Assembly: GCA_963832165.1 (NCBI GenBank)
Contig: CAWHTE010000011.1
Location: 768,001-832,000, forward strand
DNA from: an uncultured delta proteobacterium
GTDB lineage: Bacteria; Myxococcota_A; UBA9160; SMWR01
Direction: 5' to 3'
DNA length: 64,000 nucleotides
The notes below the pieces were generated by a model. The model made no database searches. It was not told the origin of the DNA and was given only the letters and a program-made list of their open reading frames with translations. Below, in pieces: positions 63,014-64,000 of the stretch (position 1 is its first letter; each line of letters begins with the position of its first letter). Made by a program: the position numbers and the translations under genes.

Positions 63014-64000
63014 ATGAGCTGGCGGTCGATCGGGAGTTGGCTCGCGGCGGCGGTGCTGTGCATCGGCGGCGCCGCGTGCGATTCCGGCGGCGGAAGCGGG
63101 AGCGGCGGCGGCGGCGGCGGTGGCGGTGGCGGCACCGGCAACGAGTGCCCGGAGATCTTCGCGAGCGGCTTCCGCAACCCGTGGCGGATGAACTTCGATC
63201 CCTTGAACGGCCGACTCTACGTCGGCGACGTCGGCCAGGGCGCGCAGGAGGAGATCGATCTCGTCACGCGCGGCGCGAACTATGGCTGGGACTGCTTCGA
63301 AGGGGAGCTCACCCACCCGACCACCGCAGACTGCAGCGCGACCTTCACCGCGCCCGAGGTCGTGCACGGCCGCAGCGACGCGATCGCGATCGCAGGGGGC
63401 GCCGTGTACCGGGGCACCGCGATCCCCTTCCTCAACGGCTTCTACGTGTACGGCGACACTTTCACAGAGAAGTTCTTCACGTTCGACACCGCGTCTTCGA
63501 GCGCGCCGTCGCAGCAGATCACGTCGCTGAACGCGTCGGTTGTCGCGTTCGGCCAGGGCCGTGACGGCGAGATCTACGCCGTCACGTTCGGCAGCCCGTC
63601 GATCCGCAAGATCGTGACTTCGGGCGGAGGCGGACTCGGCACGCTCGCGTTCGCCGACGCGTTCCCGGGCCGCAACTCGTTCGACAGCCCGGTCAAGCTT
63701 GTGCAGCACCCGACCGAGGCGAATCGCTGGTACATCGTGGAGCAGGGCGGGCTCGTGTGGACGCTCTCCACGACCAACTCCAACCCGCCCACGATCGCGG
63801 CCGACCTCGACGCGCCGATCAATCTCGGCGGAGGCAGCGAGCAGGGGCTACTCGGCATGGCGTTCGACCCGGGCTTCGCGTCGTCGCGCGAGGTCTACTT
63901 CACCTATACCGACGAAAACGCACAGGCAGTGCGGCTCGCGCGCTGGGTGAGCCCAAACGTCAATGGCCTCACGTTCGCGCCCGACACCAACCCGATCGTG
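63014..64000 (+). CDS. PQQ-dependent sugar dehydrogenase (GSDH) family lipoprotein, apparently circularly permuted (partial)
   Basis: My translation: MSWR...GGAAC-poly-G-EIFASGFRNPWR...GDVGQ..EEID..GANYGW...AFGQGRDGEIY...GGGG...AFPG..FDSP...VEQGG...SEQGLLGMAFDP; open to the window end. Confidence 0.85.
   Translation, partial: MSWRSIGSWLAAAVLCIGGAACDSGGGSGSGGGGGGGGGGTGNECPEIFASGFRNPWRMNFDPLNGRLYVGDVGQGAQEEIDLVTRGANYGWDCFEGELTHPTTADCSATFTAPEVVHGRSDAIAIAGGAVYRGTAIPFLNGFYVYGDTFTEKFFTFDTASSSAPSQQITSLNASVVAFGQGRDGEIYAVTFGSPSIRKIVTSGGGGLGTLAFADAFPGRNSFDSPVKLVQHPTEANRWYIVEQGGLVWTLSTTNSNPPTIAADLDAPINLGGGSEQGLLGMAFDPGFASSREVYFTYTDENAQAVRLARWVSPNVNGLTFAPDTNPIV

Noticed and set aside
63085..63132. GGC triplet run as a phase-variation tract
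   Set aside because: It is a triplet repeat encoding a poly-Gly tether, so length change would not shift the frame.

Overview
This is a high-GC bacterial window of about 50 densely packed genes. The gene mix (PEP-CTERM proteins, wax-ester synthase, F420/LLM oxidoreductases, FG-GAP surface proteins) suggests a Myxococcota/Binatota-like organism, which is inference only. Most genes are ordinary catabolic or redox enzymes, transporters and regulators, including a two-component system with an RND pump and a YcaC/amidohydrolase/haloperoxidase/alginate-export-porin cluster. I saw no rRNA, tRNA, CRISPR array or intact mobile element. The most unusual region is a less GC-rich segment at about 3.2-8.8 kb. 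It holds pleD, back-to-back HNH and selB remnants, an HTH gene flanked by three copies of the palindrome ATGCAC-NN-GTGCAW, and a DUF3494 ice-binding-like gene that reads as a tandem polyprotein (signal peptide-IBP-PEP-CTERM-linker-second signal peptide-unknown domain-second PEP-CTERM, the last part behind a frameshift). Other notable items are a 5'-truncated RoxA/RoxB-like rubber oxygenase fused back-to-back to a TetR remnant, a 15-repeat (3x5) and a 14-repeat (2x7) FG-GAP protein each ending in PEP-CTERM, and an apparently circularly permuted PQQ sugar-dehydrogenase propeller at the right edge. Several frameshifts could be real decay or sequencing error. All family calls come from motif recognition by eye, not database searches.
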